DNA of 64,000 nt from Geosiphon pyriformis uo1. Taxonomy: Eukaryota > Fungi > Glomeromycota. Positions 1-14,390 of the stretch are shown piece after piece (positions within the stretch are counted from its first letter, which is position 1; each line of letters starts with the position of its first letter). The stretch covers positions 310,001 through 374,000 of the forward strand of contig JAAOMT010000543.1 of NCBI GenBank assembly GCA_016748015.1, in the 5' to 3' direction. A program made the position numbers and the translations under genes. The notes below the pieces were generated by a model. It was not told the origin of the DNA. It made no database searches and saw nothing but the letters and a program-made list of their open reading frames with translations.

Positions 1-2789
1 ATAATAGCCTAGGGTGTCTCCAATTGAGTTTCATTTGTTGAAATCTTCATACAGATTTGTAAAAGTGTTTTTTTAAAAAAGTTCAAAAGTTTTTCTTTGA
101 TTATAAGTCTAATTTAATGCTTACCTAAATAAAAATTTGGGTATTATTTTTGAACCATTTTCCCTAAAATTTAAAATGTCAAATTGAAGTAAATATTAAC
201 TTTATTCCTTTTTTTGTTATTAAAATGAAAATTTTGAAGATTAAAAAGCACGAAAAAAAATATTTTATTGAATAAATTCTTTTGAGGTTTTCGTTTATGT
301 CTAAAAAAAATTTAAAAAAAAGTTTCTAGGAAAAAAAAAAAATTAAAACTGACAAGCTTCTCATGTTCTTCAATTCAAAAATAACCAGTTTTCTAACTAG
401 AAATTTTTTTGTAATTTTAATAAAAAAAAAAACATTTAAATTGAAAATAATCAATAACCATTGGACAAAATTTCAAATTTTTTTTTAGATTAATAAATTC
501 AAAAATATATTAATACCCTTTCAATTTATTTAAATCCACCCAATCAATTCATAGTTTAAAGCTCTTCAATGCCTAATTAAAATCATAAGGCAGTAATTAT
601 TAGATACTCAACGGGAAAAGAAGGCCCGAAATGAATATTCTAAATTTTTATTATAGTTTATTTAACTTTTTAACGCAAATGTAATGCAATAACACAATGC
701 CATTTGTCGTATTAACCTGTATCTTAGCCACTTCATCTTTCTGGAATTCCACCATTGGCGTTTCTCAAAACCAATTCATTCATTAATATAAATTCCAGAA
801 ATAATGAATGTGGTAATTTAAAATTTTAGCCAGAAATTTTCTTGATGAATGGGCTAATTTATTTGAAAGATTTATTTCCGCATTTGGTCTAGATTTTCTA
901 ACAAATTTCTGATTCTTTGAATATTTTTTTTTATTTTTTTTTTACTTGAACGAATAAAATGAAATTTTTGTACACTCATTTGTGAAAAGTTAGTAGTACA
1001 ACCAAAAAACTTGATACATCTAGTAAACTTATTGAACCTAACTTTTTTCATATCAAATATTTCTCTCTTTATAAATTTCTATATTTAATTTAAAGGCCTT
1101 AAAATTAAAATTTGGCGGTTGTATAAATGAAGTTGACTGACGCACAATTTTTATGATCCCTAAATAATTTCCCCGCCGAAATTAATTTAATTCAAGTTCA
1201 ATTCATTAATTGATATCAAAGCAGTTCTTTTATTTTACTCCGAAATTATTCTTATTTAGATGCGCGAAATTCGAGGGTGCAGCTTAAAATTTCAATAAAA
1301 GACACCATTTTATTATTTCTGAATATATGTGTATTTTGCTGTGTTTCAACTGCAAAAAAAAAAATAAGAATCGCCTTTTCAAAGGTGACACCCATGTGTA
1401 TTTACAACTTCTATACAAAGTTAACGGAAACTATAGAATTTTTTAAATAGACTTGTAATATCGGGCAACACAAAAAAATATTTTTGATGGCTGATAAATA
1501 AAATCCTTAAAAATATTGCTAAGTCATATTATTCTATCAAACAAGAGACGTTCTAGTTTAAGTTAGAAAACAGAAAAGGCTTTATTCTTAAATCATGTTA
1601 TTAAAATTTCTTGGGGTAAACGCATTATTTCCTTAATAGTGAATTATTTTTTCTTAAATATGTAAAAGTCAATTATCCGATTCATCTTGAGATTTTTATG
1701 TTACATGAAATCTCTGTATTCAAAGAAAAAATAATCATCTACTGAGAAAGTTTTGTTATTGATAACTAATCCAAGCAGTTGCAAAAGAATGATTTTTCAA
1801 AAAAAATGAAATTTTAATTATAATATTTAAACTTTTATTAAACGTAATTAAAGCTTTTACAATCGATAATAAACCTTTTTTTCTTATATATTCCTAAATA
1901 GCACATGATTAAAAATATTTAGTTGGAATTTTCCTTAATAAAATTAAAAATTGTTAAAAATTGTTAAAAAAAAAAAAAAAAAAAATTCAATTATAAATTT
2001 AAAATATTCCCAAGATTTTTAGAAATTTTTTAAGAGTTAAAAAAAAAAAAAAAAAAATATTTTATATGAAAACTGTTTTTTTTTTTTGTTATAGATATAG
2101 AAATTTAATTTAAAATTATTTGTCATTAATTAAATATGTGTAATTATGTAAAAATAATTTTTAAGAAAAAAACAACAACAATAACAACAACAACAACAAC
2201 ACAATAATTTGAAAATTTATTAATATCTATATTGTTATTTTTTTTTTAAAAAAAAAAAAAACTTTTTAAATGGAACAAAAAAATTATTTTTATTTATGGA
2301 TCAAAATTAAATTAATGCATAAATTTAGTTTTAATTTTTAATTTTTACCAATTATTTAAATAAACATGAAATAAAAATTCCATAATTCATAATTCATTTC
2401 AATAAAAAATTTCTTAAAATTATTTATTTGTTTATACAAAATTTATAATTATTATTTTAAAATTATAATTATTATTTTAAAATTATAATAAAATCTTAAA
2501 TTTTCGATATTTTCAAAATTTAGTTTCAAAGCATTTATTAACAATCAAAAAAATATATTAATTAATAAATTCGAACTTTTTATTAAATCTTTTAATCATT
2601 AGTCCAAGTAAAAAAAAAAAAAAAACATCTTTTGCGACTTTTTTAAAATTTAAAATTTTATATGAAAAAATAAATAACCAAATATATCATTTAAAAATTT
2701 TAAATCCAAGTAAACTATGAATAAGCTCAAAGAAATATAGTTTCCCAGTTTTTGATTCTACTGATTAATGATATAATTTGACAATTTTC

Positions 2790-2795
<6 letters not shown>

Positions 2796-2866
<71 letters not shown>
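2796..2866. repeat. poly(T) homopolymer, ~70 nt
   Basis: Read directly; it explains the spurious poly-K and poly-F ORFs. Confidence 0.95.
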
Positions 2867-3539
2867 AAAATTTCTTCAGGATTCTTATCAAAGTAATGAT
2901 AATCGAATGTTTCAATTACTCTTGCAACACATTTAAAATTAATCACGCAAACAAAATTTATCTTCATGTGTGTCCACACACCACACAGAAGAGAAACTAA
3001 AAATTTGTTGCCTCGAGAAAGCACGTGATTTCTTAGTAAATATAAATTTTGCCAAGCTTTCTTAGATGCAGCTATGAAACTTGTTTGTTGCTTTTTAGGG
3101 GTTGCATTTTGCATTCGTCCCACACTATATTTTCTGGTAAATCTAATTCAGCCCTAAATTATGTAGAAGAGGGTATTTATATCGTTTACTATTATTCTAA
3201 AATAAAATTGGTAAGCGATTATATTTCATTACTAATTGTTTAACAAACATATTAAAATTTATTTTGCTTTTTTAAAGTTAATAAATGGGGACTCGACAAA
3301 TCCCAATAAATTTCTTGGAAAGGAAATAAGTATTCCATGAAAAATTATTCTGGGATTCTGGGACCACATGAATACCTTATCTTGAATTTTTTTTTCGGTC
3401 CTGGGTATTTTCCTGTTTGATAGATTTGATTCCCAATTATCAAATTTTTTACCAGGTTTCAATCTGATCACTTTTAAGTGAACAAACTTTTTTTCATCAA
3501 ATTTTGGCAATATTCTTTGTAAGCCTATTACTACTAATA

Positions 3540-3854
<315 letters not shown>

Positions 3855-4143
3855 ATTTATCTTTACCCATTATCAAATAAAGGAAATGTATAGAGAAAAA
3901 ATTTATCTGCTTTGAATTTTCTCAACGTTGACGATCTCAATATTTATATTTGTTTGTGTTAAACGTACAATACTTTATTTGACATCATCCAAACCAAAAA
4001 ATCTCTCTTGACAAATTCTCATTTTTGAAATGCTTTATATCCAACAACAATAACAATATCCCATATTCATAGAAAAAGTATTCAGTTCATTAAAGTGGGA
4101 CATGAACTTTGATCATTTTAAAAGTGGGAACTTTTTCTCTTTA

Positions 4144-4618
4144 NNNNNNNNNNNNNNNNNNNNNNNNNNNNNNNNNNNNNNNNNNNNNNNNNNNNNNNNN
4201 NNNNNNNNNNNNNNNNNNNNNNNNNNNNNNNNNNNNNNNNNNNNNNNNNNNNNNNNNNNNNNNNNNNNNNNNNNNNNNNNNNNNNNNNNNNNNNNNNNNN
4301 NNNNNNNNNNNNNNNNNNNNNNNNNNNNNNNNNNNNNNNNNNNNNNNNNNNNNNNNNNNNNNNNNNNNNNNNNNNNNNNNNNNNNNNNNNNNNNNNNNNN
4401 NNNNNNNNNNNNNNNNNNNNNNNNNNNNNNNNNNNNNNNNNNNNNNNNNNNNNNNNNNNNNNNNNNNNNNNNNNNNNNNNNNNNNNNNNNNNNNNNNNNN
4501 NNNNNNNNNNNNNNNNNNNNNNNNNNNNNNNNNNNNNNNNNNNNNNNNNNNNNNNNNNNNNNNNNNNNNNNNNNNNNNNNNNNNNNNNNNNNNNNNNNNN
4601 NNNNNNNNNNNNNNNNNN
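4144..4618. other. assembly gap (N run)
   Basis: N characters. Confidence 0.99.
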
Positions 4619-4825
4619 GAAAAACTAAAGGGGGTCTAATTTTTCCATAAAATCTTTTGAATTGGGATAATACATTTCAGGATTTAGGTAATCCTAGCAC
4701 TAAAACGTGACTCGACTTCTAAAATCATTTGAAAAAATCATTTTTTTAATTTATTCAAATCCAAATTTTAAAAAAGTTATGAAATACTTATGCTAGTTGA
4801 ACAATAAAAATAGTTTTGGTCATAG

Positions 4826-4826
4826 T

Positions 4827-4904
<78 letters not shown>
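4826..4904. repeat. (TTTC)n microsatellite
   Basis: Read directly. Confidence 0.95.
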
Positions 4905-4906
<2 letters not shown>

Positions 4907-7900
4907 TTATAGATAAAAATAAATAACCATTTTATACATTCAACTTTTTTGACTAGAAATTAAATCAAGCAAACTAATGATGTACAAAAACTTTATTAAA
5001 TTTTTCCTTTAACTCATCTATATCAAAAAGCAGTCTTATTACAAAGTAAAACCGTAGCTAATATTCTGAACCTAAATGTGACCTAAATAAAAAGAAAAAT
5101 AATTTTCTTTAAAAAAACTCGATCTTTGAAAAAAACAAAAATGGAAAAGACCATTGTTCTTGAGAATAACTTAAATCCTTTTGATTTAAAAACTCTAAAT
5201 AATTTATTGATCAATAGTAAAACTAATAATTAGCAATTAAAATCTAAATCTCCCATAGGGCTTTCAAAAAAGCTCTGAATTCGTTATTAGATTATTGGAT
5301 CTTTTTGATAATTAGTTGGGAAGGGAGGGGGGGTTTTTTCTAAAATCTTGAGCAATAGCAATCGAACCAAAATAATGTTTCTTGAAAAGTAACAATCTTT
5401 CATTATCTATTTTTTTTATTAAATGATTATAAATTCGAAAACTTAACCATTTATTTATCGACCTGTGAATTCACGCAAATTTTAATAGCTTAATAAGATG
5501 AATAAAGAAAAGGGCATATTATATTCTGATTTTGTACGTAAAAAAAAAGCCTGATTTTCTATTTTATTCTTTAATGGGTTGTACAGTAGATGTATAATAA
5601 TGATCAAAGCATATTCATACAGAGCAAATAGATGAATTCTAAAAGTTTTTTTTAGACTAATCATCTTATATCTGAGTTGTATATCTCCAAACAAGGCTAA
5701 TTCAATTATTTCTTTCAAGCTTGGAATCATTTCCGATTAATTTCCCACTCAAAAATTTAATAATTGGAAAAACAGAAAATTTAAAAACTTGATTAAACTA
5801 CTTTAATGTATAATATATGATTGCTTAAAACTTTAGGATCTCGTTTGATCCGAAACATTTTAGAAAAAGCATGAGTAATCAGGCAAAGACTATTTCTCAC
5901 GAATCCATTGTCATTTTTAACGATTCTCAAATGATGAGCTAAAAAGAAAAGTCTTTTCCCAATTAGAAAATAGCTAACTGAAGAAACTAGAATTTGGGAA
6001 ACACCTTAAAAATTTTTACACATATGAAGACTAAGTCATTAATTTATTGATTAACCTGTTTTAGCTAGAGTTGATCTTTCAATCCAAAAATAGATTATTG
6101 CAAAAGAATCAATATTTTACTTCTATTGTTGAAATCCTTTTTTACAAAGTTCTCTGTCAGCTTTTCTGGCTCTTTGGGAACGTGAAATTTTTTAAATAAA
6201 AGTACAAAGAGACACTAATTTTCGAAACATTTTTTTCGTATCAAGGGAAAAATAGTAAATCTTAAAAAAAAAAATCCTTTTTTTCAACAAAGCAAAATCG
6301 AGATTGAATCCTCACACACTTTCCCAAATTAAGTACATAGAAAATGTATTATCAAATATTTCTGTTGGATCAATCTTTTAGAATTCTTTAAGAGTTTTAT
6401 TTTCAACGTGGAATGGTGTGCCTTGGATTTTTAAAGAATTTTAATTGGTATTTGCGTTACAGTTATCAGAATTTTTTTTTTTTCAGATTCGTAACCAAAA
6501 AAAATTACATAATCTTCTTTAATTTAGTATCACATTATCACCAATCATTGATTCATTGATTCATTGATTAATTTTATTGAAACTTGCACAATAGACAACT
6601 TTCAAGAGATTTCAAAAGATTCTAATCTAAAAATATAGATAAAAAATCATTTACGTTAAACAAAAAATAGGAGGTCAGTGGTTGAAAGAGAAATTATATC
6701 TTAATCAAATTTTTATTGCACAAAAATGATTACGCGAGTTTTAAACCCAGAGTAAAAGATGAAAAATTCTCAAAAGTATAAATTTGTAAACAAACGGACA
6801 CAGACCACCTTTCCACTTGTTACTACTGTTTGTTCACTGCTGGTTCGATCGTATTCCGAGAAAGAGCTAATCAACCCTGTATCCAAATTGGATGTCACCA
6901 TTTCGTAATTATTAAATTTTCCATGAGGTGAATTTGATAATGATGATCCAGAATTTTGGCTGACATATTTTTGAATACATGTAACTCGTCAGCTCAATGA
7001 GAATTACTGAATTCATGGGTCAAATCTGGGGCAGAACCGTGCGCGTTAAAAAATTAAATTTTTTTTTTTTACAAGGAAAAAATATTTCTGATCTGTGCGT
7101 GATAAATCTACAATCTCCTCTTATCTTTCATAAAACGTTGTAACTTTTAAGTGACACATGCAAAAGATGCATAAGCACCTCGGAATAACTAGCTCCTATC
7201 GGTATTTTCCAAGGTTTCGTATGATTACATCAATAATGGATTGATTTTTATTTTAATTTTATGAGAAATATTCTCCTGCAATACTTTTCTATTTGAAATT
7301 ATTATTGGGAACTAGTAAAATTGTCTATCTTTATATCCACCTATCTATTTATCTATTTATCTATATATCAATCTATCAATCTATCAATCTATCTATCTGT
7401 CTATCTATCTATCTTGCTGAATCAAAGAATTATAAAGCTTCACAAATTTGTTTTGAATCATGATCCCTCAGAGCTATAGAAGGAAATATATCGAAATTTT
7501 TGTATTATATAAGCATTGACCATTTATTTTTGCCAAATTAAGTTACAAAGATTGAGCGTTAAACACCGAGAATCGAGATTATAAAAATGGCTTTGTCAGC
7601 CGTAGTAATTTATTAAATGTGTGGTCTAGGTCTAGAATTAGAATGGAATGGATCATTTTTCATGAAAACTTGTTATTAATCATGCAAAAAATTGATTCAA
7701 TAAATACCAATAATTTTGATATTTGAATGGATTCAAAAAGTAATTTGATAAGCAACTCGTTAAAATATTTCTTTTCAACATATTATATTAGCAATTGTTA
7801 CATAAATGCTAACATAAATTAAAGGAGAACATGAACCGCATGAAATGAGAACAGTTGCAGCTTTTTCCTTTTTATTGTAACCTAAAATCAAAACTGAAAA

Positions 7901-8567
7901 AAAAAGGGTACCGTCCTCTCTTTGAAAGACCCTAAACTTTAAACTAATACTCTATTTTTCCAATTAAAATATAAATCTATTGTTAATTTTAAGTAAATAA
8001 CGGGATTTTTTTTAACCTACATTATTAAAGGTGTTAAGTTTATTGAAAAAAAAAACCTAGTTAAATACCCGCCTATTATTAAATTTATAAACTAATTATA
8101 AACTTGGTGACGCTGCTTCTACTTCTTCCCGCCAGATGATTATGTTATCTCTTTCGAATGCTATTTCAAAAATTAATTTCAGTACGGTCGATCTGGGGGA
8201 TAATATATATATTCAGGAAATGCAATCAATAAAAATGATTCAAATTACTTGCTTTCGGCCGTACACCAAAAAAATGTTTATAATATGGCGCTTCTAGCGT
8301 CATGATTGGTTGGACGATCGGGACCCAGTAGAGAACTAGGCCTATAACTTATTTAGACAAAGAGGGGTAATGAATAATGTTTTGCATTGGGGTTACGAAA
8401 AAAACTATTAAAAATTATAGATTATGACTTGCAGCATCTAATTGCCTTTCACTTTAACTTGCTTGTTTACTTTAAACAATCGAAGTTAAATATAATAATG
8501 AAAATTATCCCCTAAAAAATCTCGAATTCGTTTGAATTAAAGCAAAATTAAGGATATTTACCCATTA

Positions 8568-8629
<62 letters not shown>
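8568..8629. repeat. (TAT)n microsatellite
   Basis: Read directly. Confidence 0.95.
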
Positions 8630-9081
8630 GTATTGGACCACTATCATGGAGATAATGAATGACCTGGGAATCATCTCGACATTTAGAACAAAGACAATAA
8701 TATAAGTCAAACACTTATAATATCTGTTATATTGTATGAAAATCTTCAAATATCAATGTGATTACTCAAAATGCGTTTTTTTTTCCAAATCTGTCAAATA
8801 AGACAAGTTTAAATTAAAAAAAAACCAGGAAACAGGAAACAACCCACAATTAAAATAAAAAATTGACGAGAAAAAGATATATATTTAAAATTTTTTTAAT
8901 TATCTAATTCCTAATGATATCATATTTAGTGATCCTAGTTTTATGTACTACAGATAAATTCAATAAATAGGCGAGCTTTTTCTGTTCAAACTCTCCAACA
9001 TAAACATCATCATTATTATTATTACTATCTTCTTCTTTATTATTATCATCATCATCATCATCATCATCATCAAACATCATC

Positions 9082-9609
9082 ATGAACTGCGATTGGTGTA
9101 TTTGTGGCTGTGGCCAACAAATATTTGATAATGATTCTGTTTACTCCTCTTCAGAATGTGAATTAAATGAATTAAGGTCTTCTTCCTTGAGGAATTCCAT
9201 AAACGATTCACCACCAGCTTCTACAAAAAAGAATTATCGATTTTCAGTTGCAATCTCAACATCAACCTCATTCTCTGATAATACTGACCATCATCGTGAT
9301 TCATATCGACACTCAAACATGATCTCACCATCATCTTCGACCACTTCTTCTTATACCGAATCAGTGCCTTCATCCTCTTTCGGTAGCATCAGTTCTCTCG
9401 ACCGACAAAATCAGTTCCCCTTAGGTCATCAACGTGAACAAAGTCGAAATGAATATTTCTATAATAACATGTTCGATCAATATAATGAATATTATTCCAA
9501 CAGTGTTCCGATCAAAATCCCAAGATCAGAATCACGCTGCGTTCATAACGACGAACCACTGGAAATCAATAAAGGCACCTTCGGTGAAGACAAATTCCAG
9601 CTCCCGTAG
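9082..9609 (+). CDS. Ecl1-like (extender of chronological lifespan family) zinc-motif protein, divergent, 175 aa
   Basis: Intronless ORF: N-terminal MNCDWCICGCGQQIFDNDSVYSSSEC, Ser-rich disordered body, C-terminal PIKIP...GTFGEDKFQ. Both termini align with 61310-61765, and the N-terminus resembles the canonical Ecl1 motif of 58112-58725. Confidence 0.75.
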   Translation: MNCDWCICGCGQQIFDNDSVYSSSECELNELRSSSLRNSINDSPPASTKKNYRFSVAISTSTSFSDNTDHHRDSYRHSNMISPSSSTTSSYTESVPSSSFGSISSLDRQNQFPLGHQREQSRNEYFYNNMFDQYNEYYSNSVPIKIPRSESRCVHNDEPLEINKGTFGEDKFQLP

Positions 9610-11349
9610 TCTTAAACTCGACTCCATTTTTTTCTTGAAGGAAAAAAAATTACTGGAAAAGAGAGAAATTTTCTAAGACATGCAACAAACATGATAAACT
9701 TTTCTTTTAATTTTCAATTAAACCTTTTTTTCGCACAAGGCACACACCAATTCTTTTAAGTTTGAAACTTTATGAATTTCCCTGCGTATTTATCCTTTTT
9801 AAAATATGTTACTTGTACAAATTACCAAAAGCGCGCCGCATCTTTTAAAAAAAAAAAATCCAAAAAAATCTTTTCGAAACACACCTTCAAATGAGAAACA
9901 CACACACACATAATATAATGACAGATGAAACACACACACACACACACACATACATACTCTGAAAATCTTTTCGCTTAAAAGCGAAAATTAACAATTGAAA
10001 CTTCTTTAAAGTTAAAATTTCATAAATTATGCCTTTAAAAAAATGGTGTGTCCAATGTGCAAAATTCCTTTACTTATTAAGTGCCCTAAATATACTTTCG
10101 AAATTTTTATTTTCTCTTTTACCTATATACATATGAAATGTACTATTGTACCATCTCACTTGCGACAAAATCTTTACCAAAGTCTTCGTTTTCTTTTCTT
10201 GAGTGTCCTTCTCCCCGACCTCAAACCTGTAATTATGTATTTCTCTTTTCCTATCCTTTCATCAACATCCGTCTATCTTTGTATTATACAACCTTCGAAA
10301 TCTTTTCCATATCCTATCCGTACTATTTTTCCTTCGCTTCCACTCTTTGTAATATACCCCTATCTCCTTTTCCCTACCACCAGAATATCCCTCATTAATT
10401 GGGGACAAAATAAACCCAATAAATGGTGGGGCTTTCCTTTTACGTTAACATACACAATATAAATATATATATATATATTAAATCAGTGTAAATTTATAAG
10501 TGCCTTTTCTTTTGTCAACATTTTGCAACAACGACGACGACTACGACGATGACAAGAACAACTGCTACTATTACTATTTAGTTTTTTTTCTCCATATTTT
10601 TTTCCCTTAATATCTCAAATCTCGTTTTTATTTTCTCATCTATTTTTTTATATTTAGAAAAAAAAAAATGACGACCAAAAAAAGTTTGAAAACTAATTGT
10701 CACATAAAATTTAGTGCCCATTTTTAGAAAGATTTAGCTGTAGTTTTTTTTTCGTGAGTTTTTTATCCATTTTTTTCCACCTGATTGTTTGCCAAGTGGT
10801 CAGTGTGTCCGAAAGTGAATTCAAAATGTCACCCTTTCTTCAGCTTTTTCGTTTTTTCTTTAGACCAATTTTCTTTTGCCAAGTGCCCTTGTGAATATCA
10901 ATCAATCATTGTACACGCGAATAAAAAAATTAGAAAAATATTGTTTCGGAGCGAACGAAGCAATAATTTTCGAAAAATTTAATCAGGTCTTTTCAAGTGA
11001 TTTTTTCAAATGTGAATCGCTTAAATTTTTGTCAAAAATATATAATTCACATGAATTATTTAGTAATTTAAAGGCTTGAAGATGTGCTCCTCGAATGTTC
11101 ACATTCCCAATAAAATATTTTGGGCATCATCAATATTATAAAAATTATTGATTGTTTCAGGCTCTTTTGATTTAGAACTTCATAGCTAAAGGTCTAAAAT
11201 AACTATTTTATTGATATTTTAGATGTGGTAAATAAATTAAACCTTTGAAAATTCATAGATTTCAAGATTAATTTAAACAACGCACGCTTAGACTCTCCAT
11301 GAATAATTACACCACCCATCCAAATGTTAGCATCCGACTATTATTATTT

Positions 11350-12009
11350 TTAAATCTGCTTCTTGAAAGTTTTCTTTCCCGTAAAGATATCTACATAATC
11401 AGGTCGCTCGTCATCACCTTTTTTCCCACCTTTTTTACTTTTTCCTTTTTTCCCACTATTTTTTGTCTTTGTCTTTACCTTCTTGATACCCTCTTCAGTA
11501 TCCATCTTCTCTGTACTAACAGCGCTCGACTTTAGGATCGATTTTAAAATTTCATCCCGATGATTCTTAATCGCCAATGAGAGGGAGGAATTTTTATGAG
11601 CAGTGAATTTTGTAATTTTAGCAGAAGAATTCTTTATTGAGATGGGAATTTTTGGCGTAGGTTTTACGATAGAAGATGAAGATGAAGTTGTGGTAGAGAT
11701 ATTTGGAAGTTGAGCTTTCAATGGTGTGGAGTTGTCATCATCGATTGAAGATGAAAAATTCTTTGAAGCTGACAATGCCTCTGACGTTAGCGCTTGGATC
11801 TTTCTTTCTTTCTTTGTCTTTTTTTAAGATATGATCAAAAGAGCAGTGAAATTTGCAATAAGCAGCCGTAATGCCAAGAAAATAATTAAATGATGAACTT
11901 GTTTATTTCTGTTACCCCGATAAATTTTGTGATTTTTTTTTTTTTTGGCTTTTTAATGAGATATTATTAATCTTACCAAGCGCTTATAAAATTTAGCAGA
12001 TTTCCCCAT
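11350..12009 (-). CDS. small basic Lys/Ser-rich hypothetical protein (2 exons: 12009-11977, 11817-11350), possibly nuclear or nucleolar
   Basis: ATG at 12009 gives MGKSAKFYKRL, then a GTAAGA donor and an AAG acceptor at 11818. The frame continues TKKERKIQALTSEALSASK... into the 141-aa track ORF ending ERPDYVDIFTGKKTFKKQI. Confidence 0.8.
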
Positions 12010-12749
12010 TCTTTTTCTTGTACTTTTGGCAAAATATCAAAGATAAAAGAGGTGAAGATTGAAAAATTATTATAGGTAGTCATTTTTCATTGGGCTATTT
12101 TTATTATTTGTCAAATAATGATTGGGATCATATGATACATGAACCGTGCTGCAGCTAGGTATTTGATCAACGATTTAATGATTTTTTTTAAAAAGTTTAG
12201 AATAGTCGAGAAAATTATGTTTTTAAAAAATCTACATCATCATCATCATCATCAAAAACAGATAATCTAAAAATTTTCAAATACCATTTAAACACTTGAT
12301 TTTTCATTAAAAATCAATTTAAAATAAAAATATTCAGAGATAAACAAAAACAACTTTTTTATTTTTTCATTTAAAGAATTATACCCTATTAATTTTAACA
12401 AATATTATTTGGGATCATAAATTAGAAAAGTATTAAATTTGATTTGAAATAAAAAAAAAAAAAAAAAAAGAATTCTTTGTGATATTTTGAATAAGCATGA
12501 AAACACTTTTACATATGATTGGTTGGTAATTCTTTTAAATTTGAAATTCAAATATCTTTGACTTATTTTAAAAAAAAAAATTTCAAATTTTTCAAATTAC
12601 TCGTAGAAAAAGTAAAAAGAAGTTAAAATATTAAAATATTTTTAACGCAATAATAATAACAAAATTAAGCAAATTTTTAATTTCACAACAAAAATATTTC
12701 AATTATTTATTTGGACTAAGATTTTCTTTGTTCAATTATAGTTTTTAAT

Positions 12750-13150
12750 TGACCTTGTACTCTTATTTACGTCGTTGCTGCCACTTTCAACAATGCACGA
12801 ATTTCAAAATTATCAACACTTGTCTTTCCAAGATGATTGATATAATATCAAGATTGCCAGTTGGATTATCTCAACTGAAAAAGGCGTAAGAACACAATTC
12901 TTCTTCTGATGATGAGTTTACGGCGGCTTTTGCACATTTCATTAACAATTACCCATAACAATACACATTGATCCAGTTCTCAGGGTTAAACATATAAGGA
13001 ACTAAAGCATGTTGATCTGCATGCAATGAAAATCTCAAGTAAATGCAACAATGTGAAGAAATTAAACGATAACATTCTTCCTTCCCAGGTGTATTTGACA
13101 TTGAGAAGTTCAACTTGAAATTGTTTTAGCGCAACCAAGTACAGAGATTT
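12750..13150 (-). pseudogene. possible decayed coding remnant, unidentified
   Basis: Island of coding-like composition. The minus strand reads ...HADQHALVPYMFNPENWINVYCYG*LLMKCAKAAVNSSSEEELCSYAFFS*DNPTGNLDII... with stops; no family recognised. Confidence 0.25.
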
Positions 13151-14337
13151 TCAACGAATTCAGAGTTTCGATTGAAAAAAAATCTTTGGCTATTATTGAT
13201 TAAAAGATTTTTGGAGAATTGATAAACGATTGATAAACGATTGATTGATTGATTGATTGATTATTTGATTGATCGTATAGTCGGAATTTCTCGTTGCCAA
13301 GATTGTAATAATATTAAAAAAATTTGAATTGTACTCGGGAAACAAAAACTTTTGAGATTTTGTGAAGACAGAATAAGAAATATTGATTGGGACTCATGTT
13401 TCATAATCACTTTAGCCTTATTCTAAATTTTTCAAAAATCATCGACAAGAATGGGAACCATAAAATTTCATATCAAATCTTTTATAAATTGAATAAAACA
13501 TCCAAAAATGGTATTTATTTCCTGTGGGGGATTTGATTGATTACTAGGCAATGATTATATTTGAATGATAATTTTTTTTTTGTTTTAACGAAAAAAATGT
13601 TTATTCAAGGCTTTTTGAAATATAAAAATAGTTACATAAAAAAAGCTGAATTATGATAACATGACGCCGCCAATGTTCAAAATTTCAACAAAGTAATACG
13701 AAATTTACCGTTTAACATTAAAAATCAGACTAATTTTATGCAAGATATTTCAATTGCCTCTTGGTCGGTGAGATTCGATCAATTATTACAGAGAGATATA
13801 GAGAAAAGAGAAAAGAGATCATAGCCAAAACAATGCTTAAATTACTTAACAATGTTTCTAAAAATAAAAAGAGAAGCACAAGAATCAAAAACTTGTGCTG
13901 ATCACGTATTAGCATAGATACCGACAATAGGTCGGACTTTAATGTAAGCTAATATTTCCTTTTATGGTAAGTCCCAGATTACGAATGCGAGGCCTTTAAT
14001 GAATAGAACTTACGCCTTTTTTTTACAAATTTTTTTAGAAACCTTTCATGGAAAAGGCGTCATGTATTACCAAACTCTTTGAAATCAGATCATAGGGTCT
14101 TTGATACTTGCATATTCAAAAACAAAGTAATAGACATAATGCTTTATTGTTTGTAAATTTTTTACTGTGAAAAAACGGAAAAACAGTCGAATATTGGTCT
14201 TTATTTTGTTAGAATGTAATACCTATTGAACTGTCAATTTTAAATAACTGTTTAATATTGTGTGGAAAAATAATATGCATCCAATTATTTGGAGGCATAA
14301 ATTTTGGGCAAGACTAGTAGGTCAAATGACACATTAC

Positions 14338-14390
14338 CCGAGATAAATATTAATAACTAATCATATTTATATGATTAGTTATTAACTCGG
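14338..14390. repeat. palindrome: perfect 17-bp arms with a 2-nt spacer, plus outer CCGAG/CTCGG
   Basis: TTAATAACTAATCATAT-TT-ATATGATTAGTTATTAA (14350-14385). Confidence 0.8.

Noticed and set aside
6840-6860. GGTTCGATC resembling a tRNA T-loop
   Set aside because: No cloverleaf stems or A-box around it.
10043-11079. several overlapping + strand ORFs (up to 139 aa)
   Set aside because: Pyrimidine-rich and motif-less; more likely the long 3' region of the 9082 gene.
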